Shown one piece after another: positions 12,824-26,137 of a stretch of DNA of 64,000 bases (its first letter is position 1; every line of letters starts with the position of its first letter). Position numbers and translations under genes: made by a program. Below the pieces are notes generated by a model that was given only the letters and a program-made list of their open reading frames with translations, was not told the origin of the DNA and made no database searches. Source of the DNA: Octopus sinensis (taxonomy: Eukaryota); assembly GCF_006345805.1 (NCBI RefSeq), contig NC_043002.1, forward strand, positions 110,608,001 through 110,672,000. Reading direction: 5' to 3'.

Positions 12824-13163
12824 GGTAAAGACCACCTTCGGTCATGAATGACCATGGGATTGCACCTAGAAAGTTACCCTCCTAGACACAAGTCCGGGCA
12901 AGGTTGTTTATGGAAGACCAGCAGTCGCCCATGCATACCGACCTCCCCTCTCCACGCCACCAGTGTTATCCAAGGGAAAGGCAAAGGTCGATACAGCTTG
13001 GCACCAGTGACGTCGCAACTCATTTCTACAGCTGAGTGAACTGGAGCAACGTGAAATAAAGTGTCTTGCTCAAGAACACAACACGCAGCCCGGTCCGGGA
13101 TTCGAGCTCACAACCTCACGATCGTAAGCTCGACGCTCTAACCACTGAGCCATGCGCCTTCAC
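12822..13163 (-). mobile_element. tRNA-derived SINE family C (Arg-like head, OR-type), full length
   Basis: GAAGGCGCATGGCTCAGTGGTTAGAGCG...TACG...GAGCTCGAATCCC head, inserted in (TA)n. Confidence 0.85.
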
Positions 13164-13692
13164 TATCTATACTATAATAGTATTATAATAGTATAATATC
13201 TATACTAATATATAATGTTTCTAATCTAGAATGAGTTAAATAAAAAGCAGCAATTCTCTATGAATCCCTATCTTGTGTGGACTCATATAAAGGGTTACAC
13301 CCAATGTTTTCGCTTTTCTCCATAGAATATTGAACCTCTTGCAAAAGTCCTAATTAAAAGTCTCCTTCCTATCATTTTCTTAATTTTAGTTTCCTAACTC
13401 TATATGTTTCTCTTTAGTATGAAAATTTAATTTTCCATAAAAAAAAAAATCTTTTGATTTTTTTTTAATAAAGAAAATAAAGAAAAAATATACAAATTTA
13501 AGAAAATTAAAATCCCTTTCCTTCTTGCTTTTGTATTGTAAGCTTTCTCTCCTATGTGCTAATATCTATAATAAATTGAAGCAATTATAATTTGCATCAT
13601 TTGCTTTCTCCTTGAATCTTCTTCACTTGACTGATTTTATTGATATTAAATTTTTCTTTGTATGCGTCAACTCCTTTCTTCTCTTTTATTAG

Positions 13693-13713
13693 GATTACAG
13701 CCAGTTTTTATAG
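13693..13713 (+). CDS. Candidate 21-nt microexon (GLQPVFI or ITASFY)
   Basis: Long pyrimidine tract TCAACTCCTTTCTCTCTTTTATTAG, donor TAG|GTAAAA, frame-preserving length. No homology recognised. Confidence 0.2.
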   Translation, partial: DYSQFL

Positions 13714-14403
13714 GTAAAAGACCATTTTAGAATTAACTTCTGAAGATTTGATCGTTTATAGATTTCATTTGTTGCTTTAAGTATATTTATATGTTTAATT
13801 TTATATTTTTCTCCTTAAAATATATTTAAGTTTAAGCAGTTACTTTTTTGTTTGTTTTATGATAATTCTCACAAAAACTTGATTTAAGTTTAATTTGGCA
13901 ATTTTTCTTTTCGTAAGCATCTTTTCTTTAATAAGTACCCAGTACAGACCTTAATTTCATTTAACTAGATATATGCCAATTTATGCAGTAGAAGGGATTC
14001 AGTTAATCAAATTAATCCCATTGTTTATTTTATTATCACTTATGAAATAAACAATAGGATTAAATGAGGATAAAGTTATCTTTAAACTTAGATCAAGAAG
14101 GACAAAGTTATATGCTGTAATAGATTTGCTCCTACATTCAACTTTCTTGGCCTTGAGTATCAAACTTGTACATTTTTCTAGATTGTATCTGAAAATCTAA
14201 ATCTTTTTAAATTGGTTGTTAATTGGTTGTTCTCTCCCCCTCCCTCCCCCTCTCTCATGATCACAGTTTGCTCAATGGAAAGAAGTAAGAGGCTGTCGGC
14301 CACAATGTTACTGGTTCAAATTGTGTTGTTCATACTTCATTATATTTGTGGAACTCTCACAATCTCACTCAGCTGTACCTCTGTCTTGTTGACTACTACA
14401 AGA

Positions 14404-14793
14404 AGTGGAGGCGCAATGGCCCAGTAGTTAGGGCAGCGGACTCGCGGTCATAGGATCGCGGTTTCGATTCCCAGACCGGGCGTTGTGAGTGTTTATTGAG
14501 CGAAAACACCTAAAAGCTCCACAAGGCTCCGGCAGGAGATGGTGGTAATCCCTGCTGTACTCTTTCACCACAACTTTCTCTCACTCTTACTTCCTGTTTC
14601 TGTTGTACCTGTATTTCAAAGGGTCGGCCTTGTCACTCTCTGTGTCACGCTGAATATCCCCGAGAACTACGTTAAGGGTACACGTGTCTGTGGAGTGCTC
14701 AGCCACTTACACGTTAATTTCACGAGCAGGCTGTTCCGTTGATCGGATCAACCGGAACCCTCGTCGTCGTAACCGACGGAGTGCTTCCATTCC
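14404..14793 (+). mobile_element. tRNA-derived SINE family B (TCG/Arg-like head), full length with 12-bp TSD
   Basis: GGAGGCGCAATGGCCCAGTAGTTAGG head. ACTACAAGAAGT at 14395-14406 and 14794-14805. Confidence 0.9.
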
Positions 14794-15014
14794 ACTACAA
14801 GAAGTTGTTTAATAACAAGCTTGTTTTTTTAGATCCCTCTTAGCTAACTAAAGTCTTCCAGCCATAACCATTGAATCTCTTGGTGTGTCTAGGACTGCAT
14901 TGTTTGATATGTCTTTTTGTTTTAAGATAGTAAGATGGGATTTCATGAAAATTTGGTTGCTATTTCTGGCATTTGAGCAACCACATAAAGCTCCTTGATT
15001 AAATTATCTTTTAT

Positions 15015-15370
15015 CTTCTATATTTTACTTGTTTCAGTCATTAGATTGTGGCCATGCTGGGGCACCACCTTGAATAATTTTTAATCAAATGAATCGACCC
15101 CAGTGCTTATTTTTTCTTTTTAAGCCTGTTACTTATTCTGTTGATCTCTTTTGCTAAACTGCTTGCTAAATTATGGGGATGTAAACAAACCAACACTGGA
15201 TGTCAAGTGGTAGCAGTGGACAAACACAAAGACTCACACACGCATATACACAACAGGCTTCTTTCAGTTTCCATTTACCAAATCAACTCACAAGGCTTTG
15301 GTTGGCCTGAGGGTATAGTGGAAGACACTTGCCCAACTTTCCACACAGTTGGACCAAACCCAGAACCACA
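15015..15370 (-). mobile_element. Older family-A SINE
   Basis: Diverged homology over tail, body and head. Confidence 0.7.
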
Positions 15371-16290
15371 AATGTGCTGAGGAAAGTTATTCCTTTAACA
15401 CTTATTTGTAGGCATATATTTGGTGAGTGTTTTGTTAGTTTAACATGCCATCATAATTATCATAATTAATTGCTTTTCCATGCTGGTATGGGTTGGATGA
15501 CTATTTGAAGCCAGATACCCATGTTGCCAACTTTTAGTAGAAATGCAGTGCATTTTTTTATTCTAAAAACTGGGGTGTGCATAGTGTAGTGAGTTCAGAT
15601 TCTTTCAAGGGTTTTGAGAGAGTTACCCCTAAGAGCCCATCTTTGTTTTCATTATGTGTTCATTTATTGTGAAGAGGGCCAAATTGACAGAAACTTTAGA
15701 GTACCAAATTATATGTCTGTGTATTTAATTTTGCATTTCTACATTTACAGCCTAAGTTCAAATTTCACCAGCTCTCACTTTACCTTTAATCCCTCTGGAG
15801 TTGGTGAAATAAACATCACACATAGTATATAAGAGCCAACTTAATCAACTATTCTCCTTTTTGTTAGATTGTACCAATTGAACAAATTACTATTTATTTA
15901 CTTCAGAAGATGATTGCTAATAATTTAGCTGAAAATGGTGTTGCTTTAAGTTTTGCAAATATATAAGTAAGGTTGACTTAATTTGAAGTTAGTTTGTTTC
16001 TAGGAAGCTGTTATATTTCAATTTAAAACAATTATGTGAAACACTTCATCATTATAATAATTGTTTTTTATGTCTTAGATGTATCTGAAGTATGACAAAT
16101 TGGGGTACATTTTATATTTCAGTGTTGTGTTATTTATCTTCTCTGTAAGACTAAGTACTCCAAAATCTGATCTACTTACTGCTAGCACCAATCAGTATTT
16201 TCCCCACTTAACACTCATTGTCCAAATGTGTTTTCTGTCTACATCAGCATAGTTGTCTCTCCTGCGTATGTTAGCCATACCTTTGATACC

Positions 16291-16518
16291 TATTTCTTTA
16301 TTACCCACAAGGGGCTAAACATAGAGGGGACAAACATGGACAGACATAGGTATTAAGTCGATTATATCGACCCCAGTGCTTAACTGGTACTTAATTTATC
16401 GACCCCAAAAAGATGAAAGGCAAAGTCGACCTCAGCGGAATTTGAACTCACAACGTAACGGCAGCCGAAATACCACCAAGCATTTCGCCCGACGTGCTAA
16501 CAATTCTGCTAGCTCGCA
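16291..16518 (-). mobile_element. SINE family D (body GGTCGACTTTGCCTTTCATCC...), with ~15-bp TSD
   Basis: Homology to 28.6, 31.8, 59.7 and 61.7 kb copies. CATACCTTTGATACC / CATATCTTTGATACC flanks. Body resembles the conserved domain I recall for Meta/Sauria-type SINEs (unverified). Confidence 0.85.
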
Positions 16519-16812
16519 TATCTTTGATACCATGTTACTCTCCTATTCCACTTGTGCTCTGAGTTAGGTAATACTTCACATCCAACATATGATATCCACC
16601 TCATTTCTCTCCAGTCTTCATTAATGGAGTTTCTCTTAAAAGTGACTAGAACTTTTACATGTAATTGAATGAAACAGAAATTGCTTTTCCCAGCTGCTTG
16701 AACCAACATTTTAAAAATATTAAAATTGGTTTTTCTCTTAAATTTGTGTTTAGAGACTAAGACTTACCAGGTTATCATCTGTTTGTTATTCTTCTCTTCG
16801 GTCCCAGTTTGT

Positions 16813-17220
16813 TTTACTCTTTTACTCTTTTACTTGTTTCAGTCATTTGACTGCAGCCATGCTGGAGCACCGCCTTTAGTCAAGCAAATCAACCCCGGGA
16901 CTTATTCTTTGTAAGCCCAGTACTTATTCTATCAGTCTCTTTTGCCGAACCGCTAAGTGACGAGGACGTAAACACACCAGCATCGGTTGTCAAGCAATGC
17001 TAGGGGGACAAACACAGACACACAAACATATACACACACACTTATATATATATACATATATACGACGGGCTTCTTTCAGTTTCCGTCTACCAAATCCACT
17101 CACAAGTCATTGGTCGGCCCGGGGCTATAGTAGAAGACACTTGCCCAAGATGCCACGCAGTGGGACTGAACCCAGAACCATGTGGTTGGTTAGCAAGCTA
17201 CTTACCACACAGCCACTCCT
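16813..17220 (-). mobile_element. Family-A SINE, full length
   Basis: Homology. Confidence 0.9.
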
Positions 17221-17821
17221 GTATGTTTCAATACATTTTGAACTAAGGCCAAAACTTTTGACTGTTGTGTTTTTTTTTCCTTTTCCATCTCAAGTAGGGA
17301 ACCAGAGATGAAGGCAAGATCTATCACAGCAGGATCTGGCACTATGAAGCCTTTAACATTTAATGATATGAATCATTTTACATTTGTAAATAATCCTTTC
17401 TAAATTTGGCTCAAGGCTTGCAATTTTGGGGGGAAGAGAGAAGTTCATTATATTAACCCCAGTGCTTAGCTGGTCCTTATTTTATCAACCCTGAAAGGAT
17501 GAAAGGCAAAATTGACCTTGGCAGTATTTGAACTCAGAATGTAAAGAAATGTCACTGAGCATTTTCGTCCAGTGTTCTAACCATTCTTCTAACTTGCCAC
17601 CCTTGGCATTTGTAAATAATATGTCAAATGGTAAACACGACAAGCAATGCTAAATTTAAGGAAGTGAGCCACACATCTCTTGTTGATGTGGCAAAGATAC
17701 TATTATATCAATTGAACATTTCTATTTATATAGAATTACTGTGTGTGCACCAGGAGGTATAAGAGATGAATATATTTATTTAACCACTTGATATTTGTAG
17801 GCTGATGACCATTTCACAACC

Positions 17822-17962
17822 TTCATCATCATCATCGTTTAACGTCCGCTTTCCATGCTAGCATGGGTTGGACGGTTCAACTGGGGTCTGGCAAGCCCGA
17901 AGGCTGCACCAGGCCAGTCAGATCTGGCAGTGTTTCTACAGCTGGATGCCCTTCCTAACGCC
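17822..17962 (-). mobile_element. RTE 3' tail (family E)
   Basis: Homology to 6748-6895. Confidence 0.85.
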
Positions 17963-18064
17963 ACTGCACCGATAGCTGGGGTCCTCTAGAGGAGGTTCCT
18001 GTGATTGCATAGGGCTGTGTGAATCCATATATTGTACTACAAGTTTATACATACACATATATAT

Positions 18065-18670
18065 ATACTCAGGCCTATTCCCCATTTTTTTTTAGGAGTG
18101 GGTAGCAACAAGACACATCAGGCATTCCATTCATTTCCCAGCTCAAAGTTCTATGCTCGAGCCAAGGCATAGAATGCATCCCCCAATCTCAGCAGTGGGG
18201 GCCGACAACATATGCTGGTTTACCCCTGCCAAATCATGCTGGTTCCCTACCCCTTTGAGCAACATCAAAATTCACTCATCCATCCACAAATACTTAAATC
18301 CTTAAATCCTTAAAAATGTTTTAGCATGAAGGCCACGGCCATGCTGGGGCACTACTCTGGAAGCTTTCCTATCATTTATAAACTCTTTTGCCTCTCTCAC
18401 TCCAACACCTAACCACCAAAGCTTTCCTCACTCCATCCATCCACACAAACCGAGATCTGCCTCTGGTTCTGCTGCCCACCATTTCTGCCTTCATCACCCT
18501 CCTTACCATCCACTCCTCATCCATCCTCTCCATGTGGCCAAACCACCTCAACATTCATCTATCCAGTTTGGTTGTTAGTTTTTCTCTCATTCCTGCTTGT
18601 CTTCGCACCTCCTCATTCCTCATCCTGTCCATCCATGTCGCACCAACCATAGCCTTCAGGTGTATAATCA
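18065..18670 (-). mobile_element. RTE-clade LINE C-terminal ORF relic plus probable 3' UTR
   Basis: NEEVRRQAGMREKLTTKLDR*MLRWFGHMERMDEEWMVRRVMKAE..GSRTRGR..WMDGV is the RTE C-terminal motif. Confidence 0.8.
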
Positions 18671-19089
18671 TCATTTAATATCTATTTTCCATGCTTGATA
18701 AGAACTGGCAAGGCCAAGGTTCATTCCAGGTTCCATACTCTGCTTTGGCTCCGTTGCTATGGCTGCATGCCTTAACACCAACCACTTTACAGAGTGTACT
18801 GGTGCTTATTACATGGCGTTGGCACCCACACCAGTGCTTTTTATGTGGCACTTTGGTTTTAGGATCTGTGTTTGGTTTACAAATGAGAAAGAGAGAATTC
18901 ATCATGTAAAGCAGAGTCAGTCTATATAATCTTTTAGTAACTGAGATTGCTACAGAAGTGATTTAAAGAGCTAGAGTTTTGTGCTAAGGCATCAAATTTT
19001 AATAAATGCCTTGACATAAATATTTGGACCAAATACTTTTGGGCCATAATATGAACCATACTTAAACAGATGATAAGTTGATAAGTTTT

Positions 19090-19125
<36 letters not shown>

Positions 19126-19724
19126 CCTGCTAGAAATAATAGTAAATCTTTCTCAAATTATACCCCAACCACCTTAACAGGACATTGAGCAATGTAGTTC
19201 TATATGTAGAAAAAAAAAAAAAAGAATGTTCATGTCTGGACCTCTTTTAGATCATAAAGCTGCTCAGTTGGGACTGGCCTGGAAGTAGAAAATATTTGTG
19301 TGTGTGTGTGCCAGGAGTTTTAGAATTTTGCTTATAAATCATGATGTCTCCTGTTTGAACCCACTTTGGAACATCTTAGCTCAAGGTCAACAAAATCCTT
19401 GAAATTGGGTAAACTGAAACTATATGGAAGTTCATTGGATGAACTACCAACAAAAGTCAAATAGCCAATTATGTCACACACTGTGTAACACTGAGAATTA
19501 TGTTGAATACAAATGTCTGTGAAATACTCAACCGCATACATGTTTAAATGAAAAGTCTTTAAATAAAATATCCACACAAATTACAACATAGGATAATTAA
19601 TACTTGAAAATTAATTAAATATGATTTTCAAATACAATGTAAAGCTAAAAGTAGTCAACCAGTTTTAACTCTATTGAGAATCTTCAGGATCACAAAATAA
19701 TCACAGATTATTGAGAAGGTGAAG

Positions 19725-20194
19725 TAAATTATCTAGCAACTTCAAAGAACAAAAAGCAATTGCAGGATGCTATTCATTGGAAAAGGCCACAATTGCATGT
19801 GTCCAGTGAGTGACAGTTGCACCATGACAATGCACTTGCCCATACAGCACAGTTTGTGCAGCAGTTTTTGACTAGGCACAACATTCCCCAGGTCCAACAG
19901 CCACCATATTCCCCAGATCTTGCCCCTTGCAACTTTCTCCTCTTTCAAACATCAAATCCCGCTTGAAAGGAAGATTTCAGGATGTCGAGGAAATCAAAGT
20001 GAATGCAACGATGCAGCTGCTGATTATCCCAGAAAATGAGTTCCAAGAATGCTTCCAATATATGGAAACAGCTCTGGATTAAGTGTGTGGCTTCCGAAAG
20101 AGATCACCTTAAAGGAGCTTAAATGCCAAATTGGTACCTGTTGTAGTTTTGTTTTTATGGCACCAGTCTGGGTACTTATTGATCAGACCTCATA
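19725..20194 (+). mobile_element. Mariner transposase 3' relic with right TIR
   Basis: LHHDNALAHTAQFVQQFL...QPPYSPDLAPCNFLLF..KSRLKGRF..EEIK...ECF..W..WIKCV. Ends GTACTTATTGATCAGACCTCA-TA. Confidence 0.85.
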
Positions 20195-20426
20195 TGTTAA
20201 ATTGCAATTATTGCTGAGAATATTATATTGGCCAAACAAACATGACATTGTAAAAGATTGACATTACACTATCAGAAATTTATACCAGAAAAATCCCCAA
20301 GTCTGCATATAAATAATTTTTGCATACTACTATTTTCAAAATAGATTTTACTTTGAAATGGAATTCAGGGCCTTCTAATAAATAGTGACATACTCCACAG
20401 CGGCAGTTACCTATCTGTGTGTGTGT

Positions 20427-20752
20427 ATCATCATCATCATCATCATCATCATCATCGTTTAGCATCCGCTTTCCATGCTAGCATAGGTTGGATGGTTCAA
20501 CTGGGGTCTGTGAAGCCAGAAGGCTGCATCAGGCCCAGTCTGATCTGGCAGTGTTTCTACGGCTGGATGCCCTTCCTAATGCCAACCACTCCGTGAGTGT
20601 TGTGGGTGCTTTTTACATGCCACCCGCACAGGTGCCAGACGGAGCTGGCAAACGGCCACAGACGGGTGGTGCTTTTTACGTGCCACCAGCACAGAGGCCA
20701 GGTGAGGCTGGCAAACGGCCACGAACGGATGGTGCTTTTTACGTGCCACCAG
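20427..20752 (-). mobile_element. RTE 3' UTR/tail (family E) with internal repeats
   Basis: Homology to 10085-10390. Confidence 0.85.
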
Positions 20753-20783
<31 letters not shown>

Positions 20784-21507
20784 AAAAGGGCTTTAAAAAT
20801 CCAGGCAGATATCTATAAAGCACTCAGTGTTAAGCAAATTTGGTTAACTATATCCAACAATCAGATTCCAATAGATGCAAGTAGAAGAAAACATCCAAGG
20901 TAATGTATGACAAGTAAATCCAAATAGTGTTTAGAAGAATTTCAAGAAATTCTGAGTATAAGACAACAGAAATAAGAATAGAGAAAATCCCATCTCTAAT
21001 TGGTTATTACACCATAAAATACCGACAAATGTTTCTGTTGTATCAACATATTTAGATACAGACAATATCAGTCAAATTAATATATCCAAAAATATATGTT
21101 AACACAACATTATCAAGGCAACCCAAAATTGGTTACATTCAAAGTGAACTAAGAAAATGTCTTCAGAAGATAAACGCATGCAAAAAGAACCGGAAGAGGA
21201 AATTTGATATTCTAAGAAAAGCCAGTTTAGTTTGTAATTTTTGATGACATCAGGAATGTTGTTGACAGTGACTTTGAAGTTTCGGCCAGCTCTTTATCTT
21301 TTTTTAAAGATTTAGCTTGCCTTTTACTTTTAATGAAGGATAAAAAGCAAAGATAGCTTTGGTAGGATTTGAACTCAGAGTGTCAGATAATTAGTTTCAG
21401 TTCTCTGCACTCTAACAACTCTGCCAATTTTCCATCTAATTATTAAAATGATAATGATGAAAAGGAACGATAAAGATGATGATAAGCTCTATGTACTAAC
21501 AATAGTG

Positions 21508-21510
<3 letters not shown>

Positions 21511-21606
<96 letters not shown>

Positions 21607-21612
21607 TACATA
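21511..21612. repeat. Long (TA)n microsatellite (~90 bp pure)
   Basis: Directly visible. Confidence 0.95.
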
Positions 21613-22823
21613 TATGAATTTCAAAATCATTCAACCCGTGAATGTAAAGTTATCAAAAGTGTTTTGTTTTCTTTTTAAAGTTTATATTAAAATATTCATC
21701 TTACGTAGAATAATGCTTCAAAAATTTCTCATACTAATTAAAATATTAATTAGCTTTTAATTAAATATTAATCATACCTTTTAGTACTATTATATGATAA
21801 ATAAATTTTAGTGACCTCTATCACTAGTCTGATTTATTGGAACTGGAAACGATACCTAATTTATTGAGAATTATGATTGATTTATTGGAGTTGGAAATTT
21901 TACTAATTAGTTCCCTTCATTTAATAGCCAGTCTTTTACAAAAATTTGAGACGAAGCAGTTTATTAGTGTTAAGGACAATTTGAAATAAAAACAAAATTT
22001 TTTTTTAAAAATCAACAAAACTCCTGTTCTCTGAGAATAAATGTAAAATATCAAAAGTTTATAGAACTATTACTGATACTGAATACTAATTCATACGACA
22101 TCAACCATTTTTAGGTTGAAGGGCTTAGTCAATTAAATCGATCACAGTACTTGACTGGTACTTATTTTGATGTCCTCAGTCATCTGACTGGCTATGATGG
22201 CTTTGGTAGGATTTGAACTCAGAATTTAAAGGGATTTAATGAAGCATTACAAAATTATTTTGTCCTGAACTCAACTGATTCTGGCATCTACTACTATTGG
22301 GTATCATATAAGCCAACAAAACCTGCTAGAAACCATGGCAAAAATCTACCTTGCTGTCATAAAAATAATCATTAGATGATTTAGTTCTGGCTTTCTTACA
22401 CACATGCAGAACCACATTCTGGGCTCCTCCACAAATGAAAAAGACAAGATGGTCAGGAATGGAATGTCTTTGATTATAGATTTGCTTGATTCAGACTGAC
22501 CTAGGGCTACACATGCTGAGCTGGGGCAAAAATAATAGCTAAACAATAATGATAATGTCTTAACAAAGATACAAGTAAAGGTATAATTGATTGAATCAGC
22601 ACCTGTATATAATTGGTTCTAATTTAACACACTACACTCCTCTCTTTGCAAGGATTGAAAGGTCAAGCTGTGGTCATTGTCCAGTTTGAGGTCAAACCCA
22701 GATTAAGGAAATCTATATAGAGAGTTCTACCATAAACATGAATATAGTTATAGGTTTTTGTGGGGAAGTATATCTAGGATTATTATTATCTAATGTCTTC
22801 TTTGATTATATCAGTACTTGCAG

Positions 22824-23245
22824 TTTACTCTTTTACTCTTTTATTTGTTTCAGTCATTTGACTGCGGCCATGCTGGAGCACCGCCTTTGGTCGAGCAAAT
22901 CGACCCCGGGACTTATTCTTTGTAAGCCCAGTACTTATTCTATCGGTTTCTTTTGCCGAACTGCTAAGTGACGGGGACGTAAACACACCAGCATCGGTTG
23001 TCAAGCAATGCTAGGGGGACAAACACAGACACACAAACATACACACACACACATATATATAATATATATATATATATATATACGACGGGCTTCTTTCAGT
23101 TTCTGTCTACCAAATCCACTCACAAGGCATTGGTCGGCCCGGGGCTATAGCAGAAGACACTTGCCCAAGATGCCACGCAGTGGGACTGAACCCGGAACCA
23201 TGTGGTTGGTTAGCAAGCTACTTACCACACATCCACTCCTGCGCC
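22824..23245 (-). mobile_element. Family-A SINE, full length
   Basis: Homology. Confidence 0.9.
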
Positions 23246-23689
23246 TGAAGATTTTGCTGCTATTTATTCTGGTTGTATGAAAACTCATAATCAAAAGAAA
23301 TATAGCTTAATATTTTAGTGAATGTTAGGAAGGTTGTCAGTCCATAGCACCATTGCTCCAACAATACATACTTAGCAACCAGGAAATATGGTAAGTTTTC
23401 CACAGATATGATAAACTGATATCATATGATGATAGATGTATAAATTTATAAAATAAATAACATAATATTTAATATGATAAAATTGAATCTGAGATTGAAA
23501 ATAATGAGGAGACTAACGATATATGAAAGTAAGGGGAAACCCCAATAAAATACATATACTAGATCAAAACCAAAAATGAAATATGAGCAATAAATAAAGA
23601 AGAAAGCTAGAACGATACGTATGTGTATAGGTGTTTGTGTAGAAGGATAACATGCTATAAAGATTGTAATTTCCTAATCTGATATACTC

Positions 23690-23935
23690 TTTTTTTTTTA
23701 CTCTTTTACTTGTTTCAGTCATTTGACTGCGGCCATGCTGGAGCACTGCCTTTAATCGAGCAACTCGACTCCGGGACTTATTATTTTGTAAGCCCAGTAC
23801 TTATTCTATCGGTCTCTTTTGCCGAACCGCTAAGTAACGGGGACATAAACACACCAGCATCGGTTGTCAAGCAATGCTAGGGGGACAAACACAGACACAC
23901 AAACACACACATGCATATATATATATACATATATA
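23690..23935 (-). mobile_element. Family-A SINE 3' half, interrupted at its TA tract
   Basis: Head missing; unrelated sequence begins at 23936. Confidence 0.85.
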
Positions 23936-24831
23936 CGATGAGAATTCAAGGTTATTAACTACGGAGATGTACTCGCATAGCAAGTGATTTGATCTGAGAT
24001 CGTGTGCTGGAAGGAAAACAATTGCAGCGTGGAAGGTGTTTGTAAGCCATTTCAGAAACACACAAAAGCCGTTCGATTCACTTCAACATTTAAGTTTAAT
24101 TTGTTAAAATATTTTCGGTGCTAAAATCCGAGACCTGTTCACTGACAAAAATCCGTGCTGCATCTGTTTAAGGTTATTGATATAATTGATAAATGCAAAG
24201 GAAAACAGTCACAAGCAGCAACCGATATTCCCCAGTGAGCGCTGGGGGTTTTTTTCTCCGTTTTTATTTGTTTTCTTCTCTTAGTGCTATGTCAAGAAAG
24301 CTGCATGGTCGAGTGGTTAGGATATTAGATTTACAATCATAAGATTGTGGGGTCATTCATGGATCAGGGCATTACATTGTGGCCTTGAGCCAAGCACATT
24401 TCATGTTGCTCCAGTTTATTTAGCTGGGTGATTGTGCAGCCTTCTCTCTTCCCAGCTATCACATCCTGGATGTCCTACTGGGTGGAAGGGCTGAGAAAGT
24501 ATCAGTGCCAGCTTATGGCTACACATGCCCTGAAAACAATTATTAAAATACATGATATACGCTACCAAGTAGGACTCTCTTGTGACTTTTCTTTCCATAG
24601 CATCTACTCCTTTGAGCTGGTAATTTTATATTATTATCTTCTAAAAGCCACTTAATGCATGTCTCTTTTCCTATCGCCCCTATAGTTGTTCCACTTCACA
24701 CTTTGATTAATCCTAAGACTTGTATTATTCTAACTCACCACCACCTCTTTCTCCATTCTCTCTCTCTCTCTTTTCTAAAAATTGCTGATGTAGTCCTCTC
24801 TACACTGAAAAAAGACAATCGCCACAGCTAG

Positions 24832-25262
24832 ATTCATCATCATCATCATCGTTTAATGTCCGTTTTCCGTGCTAGCACGGGTTGGACAGTTCCAGTCTGA
24901 TCTGGCAGTGTTTCTACAGCTGGATGCCCTTCCTAACGCCAACCACTCCATGAATGTAGTGGGTGCTTTTTATGTGCCACTGGCACTGGTGCCAGGAGAT
25001 GCTGGCAACGGCCATGATTGGTTGGTGCTTTTTATGTGTCACTGGCACAGACGCCAGTCAAGGCGGCGCTGGCATCGGCCACGTTTGGATGGTGCTTTTT
25101 ACATGCCACCGGCACAGGTATCACAACTACAATTTCCATTTGATATTTATTTTGTTGTTGATGTACTTGACTCAATAAGTCTCCTCAAGCACAGCAGGTC
25201 ACGTGCCACCATCACAGAAACCATTCAAGGCAGCGCTGGCATCGGCCACGTTCGGATGATGC
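24832..25262 (-). mobile_element. RTE 3' UTR/tail (family E variant) with internal repeats
   Basis: CATCATCGTTTAATGTCCG tail and GGTGCTTTTTA(C/T)GTGCCAC units. Confidence 0.8.
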
Positions 25263-25269
25263 TTCTCAT

Positions 25270-25506
25270 AGACATTCTGAACAGGTGAGTTACATTGGTG
25301 CATCTGTTTGAAACTCTCTCGCAAACTGTCTTTGCACATCAATTGTGTTTTCACACTTCTAGTAGCATTTTAGAATGAATTTCCTATGTTCAAAGCTTAG
25401 TCTGACTGTCATCATTAATTCCAATGAGTTTCATCTGGAAAGAAAAAACGTCAGTTGAGTTATCAGCTGCTAAAGTGTGTATACATTTTTTGGGAGACAC
25501 CCTGTA
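25270..25506 (-). mobile_element. Tc1/mariner 5' end: TIR plus N-terminal HTH (DUF4817-like)
   Basis: TA-CAGGGTGTCTCCCAAAAAATG TIR, then MMTVRLSFEHRKFILKCY*KCENTIDVQRQFAREF. Confidence 0.65.
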
Positions 25507-25603
25507 TACATATACACACACACACACACACACAACTATCATGTGATGTCAAAACAAGGAAACAGTAACATACACACACACATACACACTCATATATATA
25601 TAT

Positions 25604-25998
25604 GCTCTTTTACTTGTTTCAGTCATTTGACTGCGGCCATGCTGGAGCACCGCCTTTAGTCGAGCAACTCGACCCCGGGACTTATTCTTTTGTAAGCCCA
25701 GTGCTTATTCTATTGGTTTCTTTTGCCGAACCGCAAAGTCACGGGGACATAAACACACCAGCATCGGTTGTCAAGCAATGCTAGGGGGACAAACACAGAC
25801 ACACAAACATATACACACACACTTATATATATATACATATATACGACAGGCTTCTTTCAGTTTCCGTCTACCAAATCTACTCACAAGACTTTGGTCGGCC
25901 CGAGGCTATAGTAGAAGACACTTGCCCAAGCTGCCACGGAGTTGGACTGAACCCGGAACCATGTGGTTGGCAGACAAGCTACTTACCACACAGCCACT
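25604..25998 (-). mobile_element. Family-A SINE
   Basis: Homology. Confidence 0.9.
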
Positions 25999-26093
25999 AA
26001 GCAGAGTATAAGACCATAAAGGAAAAATTTAATCATCACTGTGACTGAGAGTGTTGAATAGCACCTATTTTGTAAAAAAATAAGAGGTAACAC

Positions 26094-26137
<44 letters not shown>

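Noticed and set aside
14404-14480. tRNA-like cloverleaf (also at 13090-13163 and all SINE heads)
   Set aside because: SINE heads continuous with SINE body and TSDs; no proper acceptor stem or terminator.
15908-15967. Plus exon-like KMIANNLAENGVALSFANI* with GTAAGG donor
   Set aside because: The only open frame ends in a stop at the donor; no supporting chain.
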